Shown: positions 13,289 to 31,580 of the stretch, piece after piece
Layout of the letters: each line of letters begins with the position of its first letter
Position numbering within the stretch: the stretch's first letter is position 1
Assembly (NCBI GenBank): GCA_964016885.1
Contig: OZ024741.1
Location: forward strand, 344,038,001-344,102,000
Source of the DNA: Eledone cirrhosa
Lineage: Eukaryota
DNA: 64,000 nt
Reading direction: 5' to 3'
Translations under genes and position numbers: made by a program
Notes under the pieces: model-generated
Seen by the model: only the letters and a program-made list of their open reading frames with translations
Database searches by the model: none
What the model was told of the DNA's origin: nothing

Positions 13289-13990
13289 TCAAGTGGTAGA
13301 TCTGCCCCAAGACCTTAAAAGTTGGCATGAACCCACGTTCCGGGGAAAGCTTTGCTCCGAAGGATGTCATCTGAAACGCGGAATTGTAGCGGTGGATATT
13401 ACGCAGAAACTTCGATGACTCCTCCGTCGTGTCTGTCAAAAGGAGTTGCAATGTCTCTGGAGGGTCTAGAATAGGAGGTAGTCTAACTTTACCATTTGAA
13501 CAGCACATTCCATGTCTCTTACCTGGCCACTTTGTCATACGACAAAACTGACAATTTGAATATCTGCATGGACGGCGTAGTCGGAGGAGGGGTCGTAGTT
13601 AAAAGCCTTCAACAACCATCGTGAATTGCAAGTCCTAGAAATGCCATGTAACGATGATCGCCTCTGTTCACTTTGCAGAAGTCGGCCACGTCGTTGCTCT
13701 ATGGTTTCAGTATTTCGTGCAGCAGCAATGGCAGTGGCGTCCCTGCTTCGTCGAACGGCACGTCGTCCATCATCATTTCGTGTGCGAGCAGCAGCAGTCG
13801 CGGCAGCACTTTTGTTCCGTCGAAGTTCACGCCGACTGTCATCCTCCTCCGCCCTTGCAGCTGCCGTCTGCACAACATTCTGTGAGAGCCTGATCGCAGT
13901 TGCACTTAAATCTTCGGTGAGACGCCTTCGCTTAGACCTACTTGCATCATTAGATAATCGACCAATGAGAGTTCTTTTCTTGGAGGGCAT
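13179..13990 (-). pseudogene. N-terminal part of Helitron RepHel: 23-aa repeats plus zinc-finger remnant
   Basis: MPSKKR start; AAAR-initiated 23-aa repeats ending ETIEQRRGRL; MCCSNGKVRLP and YNSAFQMTSFG in the next frame. Confidence 0.85.
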
Positions 13991-14274
13991 TGTTTTTAGA
14001 AAATTAACCAGGGAGAACGATAAATAGTGGACAAATAACGTTTACGTAAGCAAAAAAACACGGATATAAATTGTGAAAAAATGTGATAAATCTATGTGGT
14101 CTGAGAAAGTGGGTGTTTTGCAAGATTTTGTGTACCAGTCAAATTTCAGGTTTTAAGTTAGGGGCAACGAAAAGTAAGAACTAACCATTGAAAGGATAGA
14201 GGCAAAAATGGCTGAAAAATCACAGCATGATAAACTGGAACCTTATGACCATAAACACATTAACTAAACCTCCT

Positions 14275-14704
14275 TTAACCCTTTAGTGTTCAAGCCGGCC
14301 GAAATTATTTCCCCTTATTTGTTCAAACCGCCCAAAACCGCCGTAACACCCACACTTAAATATCGTTCTAAAAATAAACAATACCGTAAAAATCTCGTTA
14401 ATTCGAGTTAACTGCGAGATTAAGCCCTTTCCGCGAAAATTAACACTTAATATAGTGAAACAACTTAAAACAACACGTGTTTTTTTAAAGTTGAAAGTAG
14501 AACAGATTTTTTGTTTGTATCAACGTGGCTTATGAAAGTAGCGATACCGACTTTCAAGATTTTACACACGATGACATTCAAAATGAACAAGAAACAGAAT
14601 ATAATATTAGTGATTTATCTTCAAATGAATCAGATGTTTACATTTCTGAAATTTCATCCGACGATGATTGTTGTTTTGAAAGTGAAAACGAAGATCGAAC
14701 GTAA
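14275..14704 (+). mobile_element. piggyBac-like left end with acidic transposase-type N-terminus, inside the Helitron 5' region
   Basis: TTAACCCTTTAGTGTTCAAGCCGGCC at 14275 resembles the 6530 MITE end. Frame 14525-14704 reads VAYESSDTDFQDFTHDDIQNEQETEYNISDLSSNESDVYISEISSDDDCCFESENEDRT*. Confidence 0.5.
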
Positions 14705-14932
14705 ACTTCAAAAGTTATCAGGTGTTATACAGTGTTAATGTGAACTTCAATAGATAAGTCGAAGGGAGAGGCTGAAGGGGGCTACCTGCCCCTGGGGGCC
14801 CCCACAATCGATGTACGGAAAAATAAAATAGCCTCCGACGCGTAATAGGACTTCAGAAACCTATTTATGAACGTTGGTGCAAATCGCTTGTAAAATGTAG
14901 AAATGCATGCGGTTACACAAACAGACATCTTC

Positions 14933-15000
<68 letters not shown>

Positions 15001-15105
15001 CCGTGTGTGTGTGTGTATGTAAAAGATAAACAGAAATAACAACACAATCAGTACAGTATATGGAAGGGATTTATTAGGTGAGCGCTTGATATAGCAGGAA
15101 GAGGG

Positions 15106-15141
15106 TCTTAACGTTTCGGACGCTAGTCCTTCATCAGAAGA
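15106..15141 (-). ncRNA. Minimal type I hammerhead ribozyme (family A repeat 15017-15200)
   Basis: Minus strand reads UCUU-CUGAUGA-A-GGAC(UAGC)GUCC-GAAA-C-GUU-AAGA: stem I UCUU/AAGA, palindromic ACGU stem III, GUU site. Confidence 0.75.
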
Positions 15142-15465
15142 AAGAATGATAAATAAGATAGATTGAGGGGACGGGCGGGATGGAATTGGAAAATATGTCT
15201 TTAGATAAAAATAACAGGTCCATTCATGTTGACATCTCTTGCAAAACTGTTGGTGCTGGCGTTTGTGTATGATTTATTTTTTAGAAAACTGGATGATGGA
15301 GCGAGTCTACATGAAATGGAAAAAAAACCCTTTTGTAAAAAGAGCTATACGTGTGTATATGTAAGTAAAAGAGTGTGCGTGCATGTAAAAAGAGCTAGAC
15401 TTGAGTACGTGCGTAAGCATGTGTTTGGGTGTGTGTTTGTGTATACGTCCGTACGAAGCTAAGAT

Positions 15466-15564
15466 AGAGTCGGGACCCGCCGGCTGAGCTCCGGCCGTTT
15501 CGACAGTTCAGATTTAGCTGTTGAAATGGCCGGAGCTCAGCGGTCGAGGTCCTGGTCCTGACTC
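15466..15564. repeat. GC-rich inverted repeat (hairpin)
   Basis: GCTGAGCTCCGGCCGTTTCGACAG pairs with CTGTTGAAATGGCCGGAGCTCAGC; outer arms AGAGTCGGGACC / GGTCCTGACTCT. Confidence 0.8.
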
Positions 15565-15806
15565 TTTTCTTATTACCTACTCTGCTACCCTAATTATTGA
15601 GTACTCTGGTGCGTTATGGTCCTTACCACACCATATATATATGCAAGGAAGGTTCAGCAAGTCCGAAGGTCAGCACTCAATGCAGAGCAGAGGGTTTATA
15701 ATAAGAACAACTTGGAAGCGTTACAAATATGTAACCAGGATTGAGCAATAAATCTCCTATATAACGCCTCCACTTTGTCATTATATATGTATATATATAT
15801 ATGCAT

Positions 15807-15899
<93 letters not shown>

Positions 15900-16078
15900 A
15901 ACCGTGTTTCCCGGCGTCGAAGACGCTACTTTTTTCCTAAAATAAATCTCAATAATCTACCATTCGTCCTGGAGACTGAAGGTTGTTTATTATTTTTTTC
16001 AAATCTTTAGTTGATAAAATTAGGGTGCGTCTTCGGTGCCGGGAAATACGGTATATAAATGTAAGTATGCACACGCAC

Positions 16079-16188
<110 letters not shown>

Positions 16189-16193
16189 GTATG

Positions 16194-16928
<735 letters not shown>

Positions 16929-16943
16929 ATATATATATATATG

Positions 16944-17052
<109 letters not shown>

Positions 17053-17074
17053 AAGTACGGGCTATATCGAACAT

Positions 17075-17210
17075 TAATAATGATTTCTAGTATAGGCACA
17101 TGATCAGTAATTTGGGGGGAGGGGAAAGTCGATTAAATCGACCCAGTACGTGACTGGTACTTTATTTTATCGACCCCGTAAGGATGAAAGGCAAAGTTAA
17201 CCTTGGCGGG
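17075..17210 (-). mobile_element. Partial SINE family 1 copy
   Basis: ACTGGTACTTTATTTTATCGACCCCGTAAGGATGAAAGGCAAAGTTAACC core. Confidence 0.8.
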
Positions 17211-17400
17211 TCGAATATTAATAATAATGTTCGATTCGTTTTTAAACAAACGGCCCAAAATGAAGCTGTGCCGTGCCGGTGACCGATCGTCATACTTATA
17301 TTTATGTATCAGCTGTGCTAGGGCGAGAAATAAAATTCTAATTTATATATATATATATATAAATTACAGAATAATCAAAACTGTCTTCAAAACATTTTAT

Positions 17401-17447
17401 TGCTGACAATCGTTTCTTCCAAACTTTCGTTTGGATTCGTCGGAGCA
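17401..17447 (-). ncRNA. Type I hammerhead motif with a U4C core change
   Basis: Minus strand reads UGCU-CCGACGA-A-UCCAAAC(GAAA)GUUUGGA-A-GAAA-CGAUU-GUC-AGCA. Confidence 0.7.
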
Positions 17448-17741
17448 CTAGCAAAATTTAGACATATAATTAACCTCCTATTCTACAGAACAATCGTAGA
17501 GATACATAGATGTTAGTGTTGTCATTAACAGTGTCATATCTAAAGAGTGAAGATGATGTGGTCAGTATCAGTGGATGCGACAAAGAATATAAAAGAATAA
17601 TACAACAATTATAGAGGAATTAAAGAAGAAAGTTACTCGCAAAACGAGGACATTAGCAGTACATTTGCAAGCGTATAGAAAGAGTGCAGATGTGTTAGGC
17701 ATGTACAAAATAACCAGGTAAGAAACAAGCAATGGTACTAA

Positions 17742-17791
<50 letters not shown>

Positions 17792-17817
17792 CGTTTCTGA
17801 ATTTGTTTAGCAAGATT

Positions 17818-17906
<89 letters not shown>

Positions 17907-17927
17907 AAGAGAGAAAATGTCTACACT

Positions 17928-17995
<68 letters not shown>

Positions 17996-18138
17996 AAATA
18001 AGGTATGTGACTATTAGTTATAACTAATAGTCAAATAACCTACTGTTTCTCTATTACTCCTAAATATCTGCTGTTCTGATATTTTGATGTATAAGGTTTT
18101 CTTACTGTTCAAGTAAACACTCTAGTTGTCTAGAAATG

Positions 18139-18180
<42 letters not shown>

Positions 18181-18699
18181 GTTTGATTTTTGTGTTTTTT
18201 TTGTTTGTTTTTTTAAGTTTCGGGTTATAAAGGCTGGTTGATAGGTCGGCCATCTCATTGCAAATTACGTCGCAGCATCACCATTTACATTTTCATCTAC
18301 TTGACCGAAAGATGAAAACTAAATGGACACTCATACTTGTCTGCTCCAAAAAAAAAAAGAAAGAAAGAAAAAAAGAAAGGAAAGAAGAAAGATGAGAAAA
18401 ATTAAAAATAAAAGTAAATCCTAAATAGTCTGGAATTGCTTTCTAAGAAGTTCTTTGATCAACGATCTCGTCCAAATGAAAGCAATCTTTAGATGACTGT
18501 AGTAGTGAAAGTCAGACATATATATTTTTTTCTCGTTTCTATTAATGATTTTATTGTTTCTTTTCATTGGTTTTGTTATTGCTGTTTATGGTGGTTTGAT
18601 GTTGTTCATAGTTTATATGTCTTGTTGTTGTTTTGATTGTGGTTTACGATGATGCTGTTCTTATTGTTGTCTTTTGTTATTGTTATGTTCATTTCTTCT

Positions 18700-19050
18700 C
18701 TTTAACCCTATCTCTTTCTAATCTCTTTCTCTATCTCTTTCTCCCCCTATCTCTCTATCTCTTTTTCAATCTCTTTCTCTATCTCTGTCTCCCTCTCTCT
18801 CTATATATATCTTTCTCAATCTCTTTCTCTATCTCTTTCTCCCTCTTTCGCTACCTCTTTCTCCCCCTCTTCTCTCTGTCTTTCTCTAATTCTTTCTCCC
18901 TCTTTCTCTATCTCTCTCTCTCCCTCTTCTCTCTCTCTTTCTCTAAGTCTTTCTCCCTCTTTCTCTATCTCTTTCTCTCACCTTTTTCTCCTCTACATTC
19001 TTCGTTCCTTCTTATCTCCCTTCCATCCTTTCTCTTCTATTCTACTTCTT
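18700..19050. repeat. CT-rich degenerate minisatellite
   Basis: Recurrent TCTCTTTCTCTATCTCTTTCTCCC units. Confidence 0.8.
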
Positions 19051-19347
19051 TTTTCATTTTATTTTCCATTTGACTTTCAACTTCTTATTTCTATTTAAAT
19101 CTTCCTTCCTTTCAATCTCTCTCCTTTCAGTCCTACATTGTATTATTTTCTTTATTTTTATTTTCATTATTTCTCTTCTTTCCATTCTCTCTTTCTTTTT
19201 GTTATTATTTAAATTCTTTCGTCCTTTCTTTCCCTTGTTTTTCAAGCATTCATTCATAATTTATTTCCGGCTCTCTTTCTTTATATTTCCTCCTTTAATC
19301 CAATCGTTTCCTTTTATTCGTTTATTCATTTATTATGATTTCTCTAG

Positions 19348-20142
19348 GGCGGTGGATTGGCAGTATCGGTTAGCGTCATACGCCATGCTTTGAAGCATAG
19401 AGTTAGGACCCTTTACCTTCTGAGTTGAAATCCCACTTTCATCCTTACAAGGTCGATAAAATAAAGTACCAGTAATGCACTGGAATAATTGCTGGTCTTG
19501 TGCCAAAAGTAGAAACAATTATTATTATTTCTCTATTAAGGGCGGTGGATTGGCAGTATCGGTAGAGGGCCGGACGCCATTGTTTGCAGCACAGAGTTAC
19601 CGCGCTTTATGACCTGAGTTTAAATCCCGCCGAGGTTAACTTTGCCTTTCGTCCTTACGGGGTCATAAAATAAAGTACCAGTCATTGCACTGGGTCGATT
19701 TAATCGAATTTCCCCTCCTCCAAAATTGCTGGCCTTGTACCTATATAAGAAACATTATTATTTCTCTATTAAGTTACGGCCCTTGCCATTCTGAGTTCAA
19801 ATCCCGCCGAGGTTAACTTTGCCTTCCATCCTTACGGGGTCGAGAAAATAAAGCACCAGTAATGTACTGGGTAATTGCTGGCCTTGTGCCAATAGTAGAA
19901 ACAATTATTATTTCTCTATTGAGATCGATGAATCGTCGGAATCGTTAGAGCATCGGACAAAATACTTTGTGGCATATATGTTACGACTCTCCGTTCTGAG
20001 TTCAAAACACGTTGAGATCACCTTTGCCTTTCATATTTCCGGGTTTGATAAAATAAAGTACCAGTTAAGTATTAGGATCGATTTAATCGACTTTTCCCTT
20101 CTCTCAAATTGCTGGCTTTGTGGCCAAAACAGAAACAATTAT
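19348..20142 (+). mobile_element. Array of four SINE family 1 copies
   Basis: Copies at ~19348-19525, 19540-19760, 19773-19910 (5'-truncated) and 19925-20142 (older), separated by the repeated sequence ATTATTTCTCTATT. Confidence 0.88.
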
Positions 20143-20173
20143 TTTTATTTATCTATTTGTGAGTGTTGGAATG

Positions 20174-20440
20174 GTGAAGGCGTGTGAGCAAGGGGCTAGA
20201 GTGTTGGGTTTACAATCATAATTAGGGTTCGATTTTTGGACAAGGTTCCTGAGTAAAATGTTGCTCCAGTATACTCAACTGAAAATGAGAACCAACTATA
20301 GCTGGGGAGTTAACCCTACAATTGACTGTCACCCTGCCTATTTGGGATCCTGTTTGGGGTTTTGTACTCTTAGTCGCTTGACGTCAAGAAAACCACGATA
20401 AAAACCGATCAAATGAGTCTCCGGACTTGTGACAGACTTT
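20174..20440 (+). mobile_element. Diverged SINE family 2 copy
   Basis: GTGAAGGCGTGTG head, GGTTCGAT B-box and GTTGCTCCAGTATACTCAACTG; similar to 40327-40630(-). Confidence 0.55.
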
Positions 20441-21074
20441 GAACATGGAGATTTTAGGTTTGGGATTCACAGAATTGATTGAGCGTCAGACAAAATACCT
20501 TTGTGTTCTTTGTTCCCGCCCTCTGAGGTCTGGTTCAAAGCCTGTTGAGGTTAGCTTTGCCTTTAATCTTTCTAGATTCGATATAAACGATGTCCTGTCA
20601 CGGATATCTCTGGCCTTGTGCTCAAATCAAAAACCATCATTTATCCAGAAGATTGTTTATATATTGTCAAATCATTTTCGTCGCACATTCTGTGACCGCT
20701 TCAGTGACTAGGTTTTTATTTTGTGTCTTTCATTTGCTCTGTCCTCTTTTCATTTATTCCTTTCATTGTTTTTTTTCTTTCTTTCTTTTCATTCACACAC
20801 GTTTTATTTATTTTATTTATTTCATTTATTTATTTTATTTATTTATTTTGGATCCTTTCATGTATTCTTTCCCCATTTCGTTCATTCATTCATTCGTAAT
20901 TTCTTTCCCACTTACTTTTCCTTTCGTTCTATCTTACCCCTTGTTCTAATCAATTATTCGTTTACTATTTTTATTCATTTATTTTAACTTCATATCATTA
21001 AATAATTTCCTTCTTTCTTTTCCTTCCTTTCATAATTCATTCGTTCATTTCTCTTATTCTATAGCTCGTTTTTA

Positions 21075-21523
21075 GATCACTAGACGAAATGTTTTGTGAT
21101 ATATATTTCTATCCTTCGACCAGAGTTTCAACCCAACTGAGATTTTACTTTAGCTTTTATACTTTCATAGTCGACAAAAGAAAGTATGTTGGACTAGTGA
21201 TATTGTTAAAGAGCCAAATAAGGTTAACATCCTTACGGAGCCGATAAAATAAAGTACCAGTAACGCACTGGAATCGATTTAATCGACTTTGCCCTCCCCT
21301 TAAAAAAATTGTTGGCCTTGTGCCTAAAGTAGAAATAGTTATTATTCTCGTTATCGGTAGAGAGTCGGGCACCATGCTTTGCAGCATAGAGATACGGCCC
21401 TTTACGGTCTGAGTTCAAATCCCGCCGAGATTAGCTTTGCCTTTCATCGGAGTCGATAAAATAAAGTACCAATAATGTACTGAGGTAATTGCTGGCCTTG
21501 TGCCAAAAGTAGAAACAATTATT
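21075..21523 (+). mobile_element. Cluster of partial SINE family 1 copies
   Basis: Cores at ~21220-21335 and 21351-21523, plus a degenerate piece upstream. Confidence 0.8.
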
Positions 21524-22092
21524 ACTGTTATTGTTGTTGTTGTTTTCGTTATTGATGTCATTATAGTTATTCTCCCTATTGTTATTGTTCATATTATTGT
21601 TTTTATTCACATTGTTATAATTGTTGTATTACTGTTGTTGTTAGTCTCGTTATTGTTGTTATTTTTTTCTGTTGTTAATCGTATTATTATTGATTCTCTT
21701 GTTTATCTTCTAGTCGTTACTGACGATAAATGCATTGATCAATGATGTTCCAGCCGTGGCCATTCCAACTTTTTGGAGTTCATCTAGAAATAAGGCATCC
21801 AGTGAATTTGCCGGATTCTTTGGAGCCCAGGACATTATGATATTGTTGCGTTTAATTCCGGCTCTTTTAGAACTTGAGTTCAAATTTCCACGAATTTAAC
21901 TTTGCCTTTCATGTTGAGATCAATAAAATAAAGCACCAGTCAAGTATTGGTTTTGACTAACTGATCTACCATTTACCCTACCTGTGGTGGCGGTTGTGGT
22001 GGTAATTGTGTTGGCGATGATGTTGTTGGTATCGGTAGTATTGTGGTGAGTGTGGTGGTGGTGATAGTTGTGGCAGTGTTGTTAAATTCCGA

Positions 22093-22702
22093 TCCCGCCG
22101 AGGTTAACTTTTCCTTTCATCCTTACGGGGTCGATAAACTAAAGTACCAGTAATGCACTGGGTAATTGCTGGCCTTGTGCCAAAAGTAGAAGCAATTATT
22201 GATTATGTCCCAATGGAATGGCATTATCGGTAGAGCGTCGGACAATATGCTTTGCAGCATAGAGTTTACGTTCTGAGTTCAAATCCCACCGACATTAGCT
22301 TTGTCTTTCATACTTAAGGGGTCGATAAAATATAACACCAGCAATTCACTGGGGTCGATTTAATCGACCCCCCCCCCCCCAAAAAAAAAGAATTGCTGGC
22401 CTTATGCCTATAGTAGAAATCATTATGCTTTGCTGCATAGAGTTTACGTTCTGAGTTCAAATCCCACCGAGGTTAGTTTTACATTTCATCCTTATGGAGT
22501 CGATAAAATAAAGTACCAGTTACACACTGGAGTCGATTTAATCGATTTTCCCCTTCCACAAAATTGCTGGCCTTGTGCCTATATAAGACACAAATCCCAC
22601 CGAGGTTAACTTTGCCTTTCATCCTCACGTGGTCGTTAAAATAAAGTACCAGTAATGCAGTGGGATAATTGCTGGCCTTATGCCAAAAGTAGAAACCATT
22701 AT
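22093..22702 (+). mobile_element. Array of four SINE family 1 copies, mostly 5'-truncated
   Basis: Copies at ~22093-22200, 22216-22425, 22426-22588 and 22591-22702. Confidence 0.85.
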
Positions 22703-22979
22703 ATATAACTACTCAGTAGTACAATTGTTCAATTTCTCCAAACAGATCTGAAAACATTCCTCGAAACATTATAGGCCAAAATATTTTCCAAACAAATGGA
22801 CACAAACAATTATAAATTATAACTGTGTACACAATAATATTTACATTTAATTGATTAGTAATGAAATATCAACTTAATAAATACTATTTTCTGCATTCGA
22901 TCAAAGGTTACGAATATGATTGTATTTTTGACTGTAAATAAGATTAAATGCTATCAAACACCGATCTAGGGATAATATA

Positions 22980-23057
22980 CAGGGCGTCCCCCAAAATGTA
23001 TACATATATTCATTAGAATGTTGTGGAAGTATGTATATATTTTGTGGGGACACGCTG
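22980..23057. mobile_element. 78-bp Tc1/mariner-type MITE
   Basis: TIRs CAGGGCGTCCCCCAAAATGTATACATA and (reverse complement) CAGCGTGTCCCCACAAAATATATACATA; TA on both sides. Confidence 0.7.
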
Positions 23058-23564
23058 TAAATATACATGCTGATTAAATTATTGGATTCGTTAGATAACT
23101 GTTATAACGGAGGCTTACGAACCCAATGTGTGAGTATTTTCTGTAGATGGGATGGGAGAGCGGGTTATCGTATAAGAAATTATATTACAATAAAAATAAA
23201 AGCACAGATCCCCAAAAAAGACTGACGAAGTTAGAAGTAATTCTGGGCATCTTATAACACAAGATGAAAGAGACGTTTAGTTTCTTAAAATTACATCTAT
23301 TTGCTTAATTTAAAAAGAAATTAAACAGCCTGAAAATAAATTGAAAATATATTTAATTTTTTATAATTTGTTAGTGTCATTTTCAAATTACAATTAAACT
23401 ACAAAAAACAATTAATTTACAAGTAAATTCTGGTTTTCTATATTTTTAGAGGTAAGTGTGGTCGTACTACTATGTGCTTCGACCAATTAATTCATGATTC
23501 AACGTTTTCCATGTGTCTGATCTACCAACAAAACAGACGTGATACTTAGAAAAACACCATGTCA

Positions 23565-23722
<158 letters not shown>

Positions 23723-24024
23723 TACATTTAGTCGGAAAATACCAAAATCGTTACTGTGGAAGGAAAGAAGACAATTTACTTCTATTTACAAAATAATATA
23801 GAGTTAACTGGGAAAAAGATCTATACCGTTTTTACTATGATCAGAGAATTTACCCAAACACTGCCGTTAAATGTCACAAGGTTATGCTGCGACATCCGGC
23901 CTTTAAAAATTAGATGTGAAAAGTGTCTGTCTCTTGCAGTACGACATCGGTTGGTTAATATCTGAGTTCAAAACCATTAAGGGGCAACTTTACCTTACTT
24001 CCTTTCGGAGTTCATAATATAAAG

Positions 24025-24351
24025 CAGAAGTTCTCAAAGTGGGCGCTACTCGGGGGTGGTGGGGGTGGGGTAGAAGATCCAGTGGGTGCTGTGGCCTAAG
24101 GGGGCGGTAGAGATTATATAATAGTATATTCAATATCAAATGATACATATTATATATAAATATAGTCAAATAAAAAAATATCTAACATTTATTTATACAT
24201 AGTATATATTATATAATTTATTATGTATAAATTAACAATTTTATTTACAATTTGCGTGTAGGCAGGTCTCTCTGGTTATGGGGTTGTGGGGCGCTGAGGA
24301 TATTACGTGGCCATGAGAGAGGTGGTGGCTCAAAACGTTTGAGAACCGCTG
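24025..24351. mobile_element. hAT (Charlie-like) MITE inserted in an old SINE
   Basis: TIRs CAGAAGTTCTCAAA / TTTGAGAACCGCTG. 8-bp TSD ATATAAAG (24017-24024) / GTATAAAG (24352-24359). It interrupts the SINE core ..CCTTTCGGAGTTCATAATATAAAG|TATCA. Confidence 0.8.
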
Positions 24352-25699
24352 GTATAAAGTATCATCCTAGGACTGTAGATTGGCGGAATTGCTAGAATAT
24401 CGAATGCGATACTTCGTGGAATTAGTTCCAGCTCTTTGTAATCGGTGTTCAAATACTGGGAACAATTTGTCTCGCGTCTTTCTTTTATTATTTATTTGGT
24501 TTTGTTTTGTTTTGTTTTTTGGCCCTCTTTTTATCTTTTGGAATCGGCTGCATTGCGTCGTGTGAAGGGTCGTGGTAGAAACACTGACAGCACCACCTTC
24601 GCTAGAAATAAAGAATCTTTGAGTGAGGACATGGCAGTCCCTTCTCATAGAAACAAAACTGATGTGTTATTCAAACACTGCCAGAAGCAACTATTTTGCA
24701 ATACTGCAGGGAGCAGAAGTAAAAGAAATAACCTTATAGGGTATTAAAATCAACCTGAGAATGTGTGTAGTACTGTTTTTTGTCTACCTAATGAAGACGA
24801 AACGAAAACTTCAGCATCAACTAGATTTGAACTCAGAACATAAAAGTATATATGCACTAAGCATCAAGTGAAAAGGTATTTTCCAGCGCTCAACTGATTT
24901 AGACATTCACCACCCTAACACGCTCATATAACTTAAATATGAAGCGGTGGAATTGGTGAAGTCTTTAGAACGTCAAATTGAATGCTTTGCGGTATACATT
25001 CTGGTTCTCAACGTCTTGAGGTCAAAATCTGCTGAGGTCAACTTTACCATTCAAGCTTTCTAAGTCGATAAAGTGTCAGTTCCGTGCTGGATGTCGATTC
25101 TTTCTCTATAACTATTTGTCACTTCTTCTCTCACTCCTTTGTCTCCCTTTCTCTTGGAGAAATCGGCTGCTTTCAGACATGGAGAGGATATGTGCTCCGG
25201 CAGGTCTATAAATGCCAAAGACGCTCTTTATTTCACGAATCCACGAGCAGTTATCACGAACAAATATCACCATGGATAGCTTTGATGTTCATACTTAGGG
25301 AGTCGATAAAATAAATAGCAGTAACGCCCGGAGATAGATTTAATCGAATTTCCTCACCACAAATCTTTGGGCTTGTGCTTAAAATCAGAAAAAAAAAATA
25401 TATATTATTACAAGCTGTATATAACAGTAACGAGGAGAGAGAAAGATCGACTTAGGTGGTATTTGAAATCAGTTACGAAAGCAGATGTACTTGCATAAGG
25501 AATAATATTTTGTTGGAAGCCCTACCGCTGCAGCCACGATCTGAATTAAACATTTAGTAATGAGAATATTAGCCGTTTTCATCAAATAGGTTTAGACGAA
25601 GATTGATTTTCTACGAGACAACCAAAGAATTTAAGTATTAAGGAACTGTACGATGTTTTCCAGTTTAATCTAGAGGTGTGTGGGTGTTTGTGTGTGCCA

Positions 25700-31140
<5,441 letters not shown>

Positions 31141-31580
31141 TATACGTCAGTATGTGTGTGAGTTTCTCTGTGTTCCTATTTTTGGTTGAAAATAATATTG
31201 ACGTTACATACTTCTATATCTACAATAGCTCGCACATTAATTAGCAAATCTATACCGCCAAAAGATATGTTCTAAAACATTTACTGAGAAATCGACAGTG
31301 TAATTATCACACTATTGCATAGTTTTACTGAACCAGATGGCGTATCAGCTATCGAGATCTAAATCAAGATTTTTCTGTTTAAGAAGCCTATTGTACTCAC
31401 TGGTGTATAACTACACCATTACTTTAGATCATCCTCAAGAATAAGAATATTTTGCTGTTTATTAATTAGCGTTTTGGGGGTTATCACCGCCTTAAATACA
31501 CACACATACACACAAACAAACACACAAATACATACATCTATATCTATCTATATCTTTATATATATATGTATATGTGTGTC

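Larger units (their letters stand above)
8928..14945 (-). mobile_element. Helitron, near full-length, with RepHel disrupted by frameshifts and stops
   Basis: 3' CTAG at 8928-8931 next to T, with an imperfect GC hairpin (TACTCGG-CGTTGC-CCGGTA, ~8938-8956). The 5' end reads TATATAAAACAGAAGATGTCTGTTTGTG on the minus strand and merges into (TA)n. Internal Rep and PIF1 helicase fragments are in the correct order. Confidence 0.93.

Noticed and set aside
19348-22702. Repeat-spacer appearance suggestive of a CRISPR array
   Set aside because: Units are 110-220 bp SINE copies with Pol III boxes, irregularly spaced and also dispersed; no cas genes; eukaryotic context.
23221-23282. CTGACGA...GAAA hammerhead-like spacing
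   Set aside because: Stems II and III cannot be formed convincingly.
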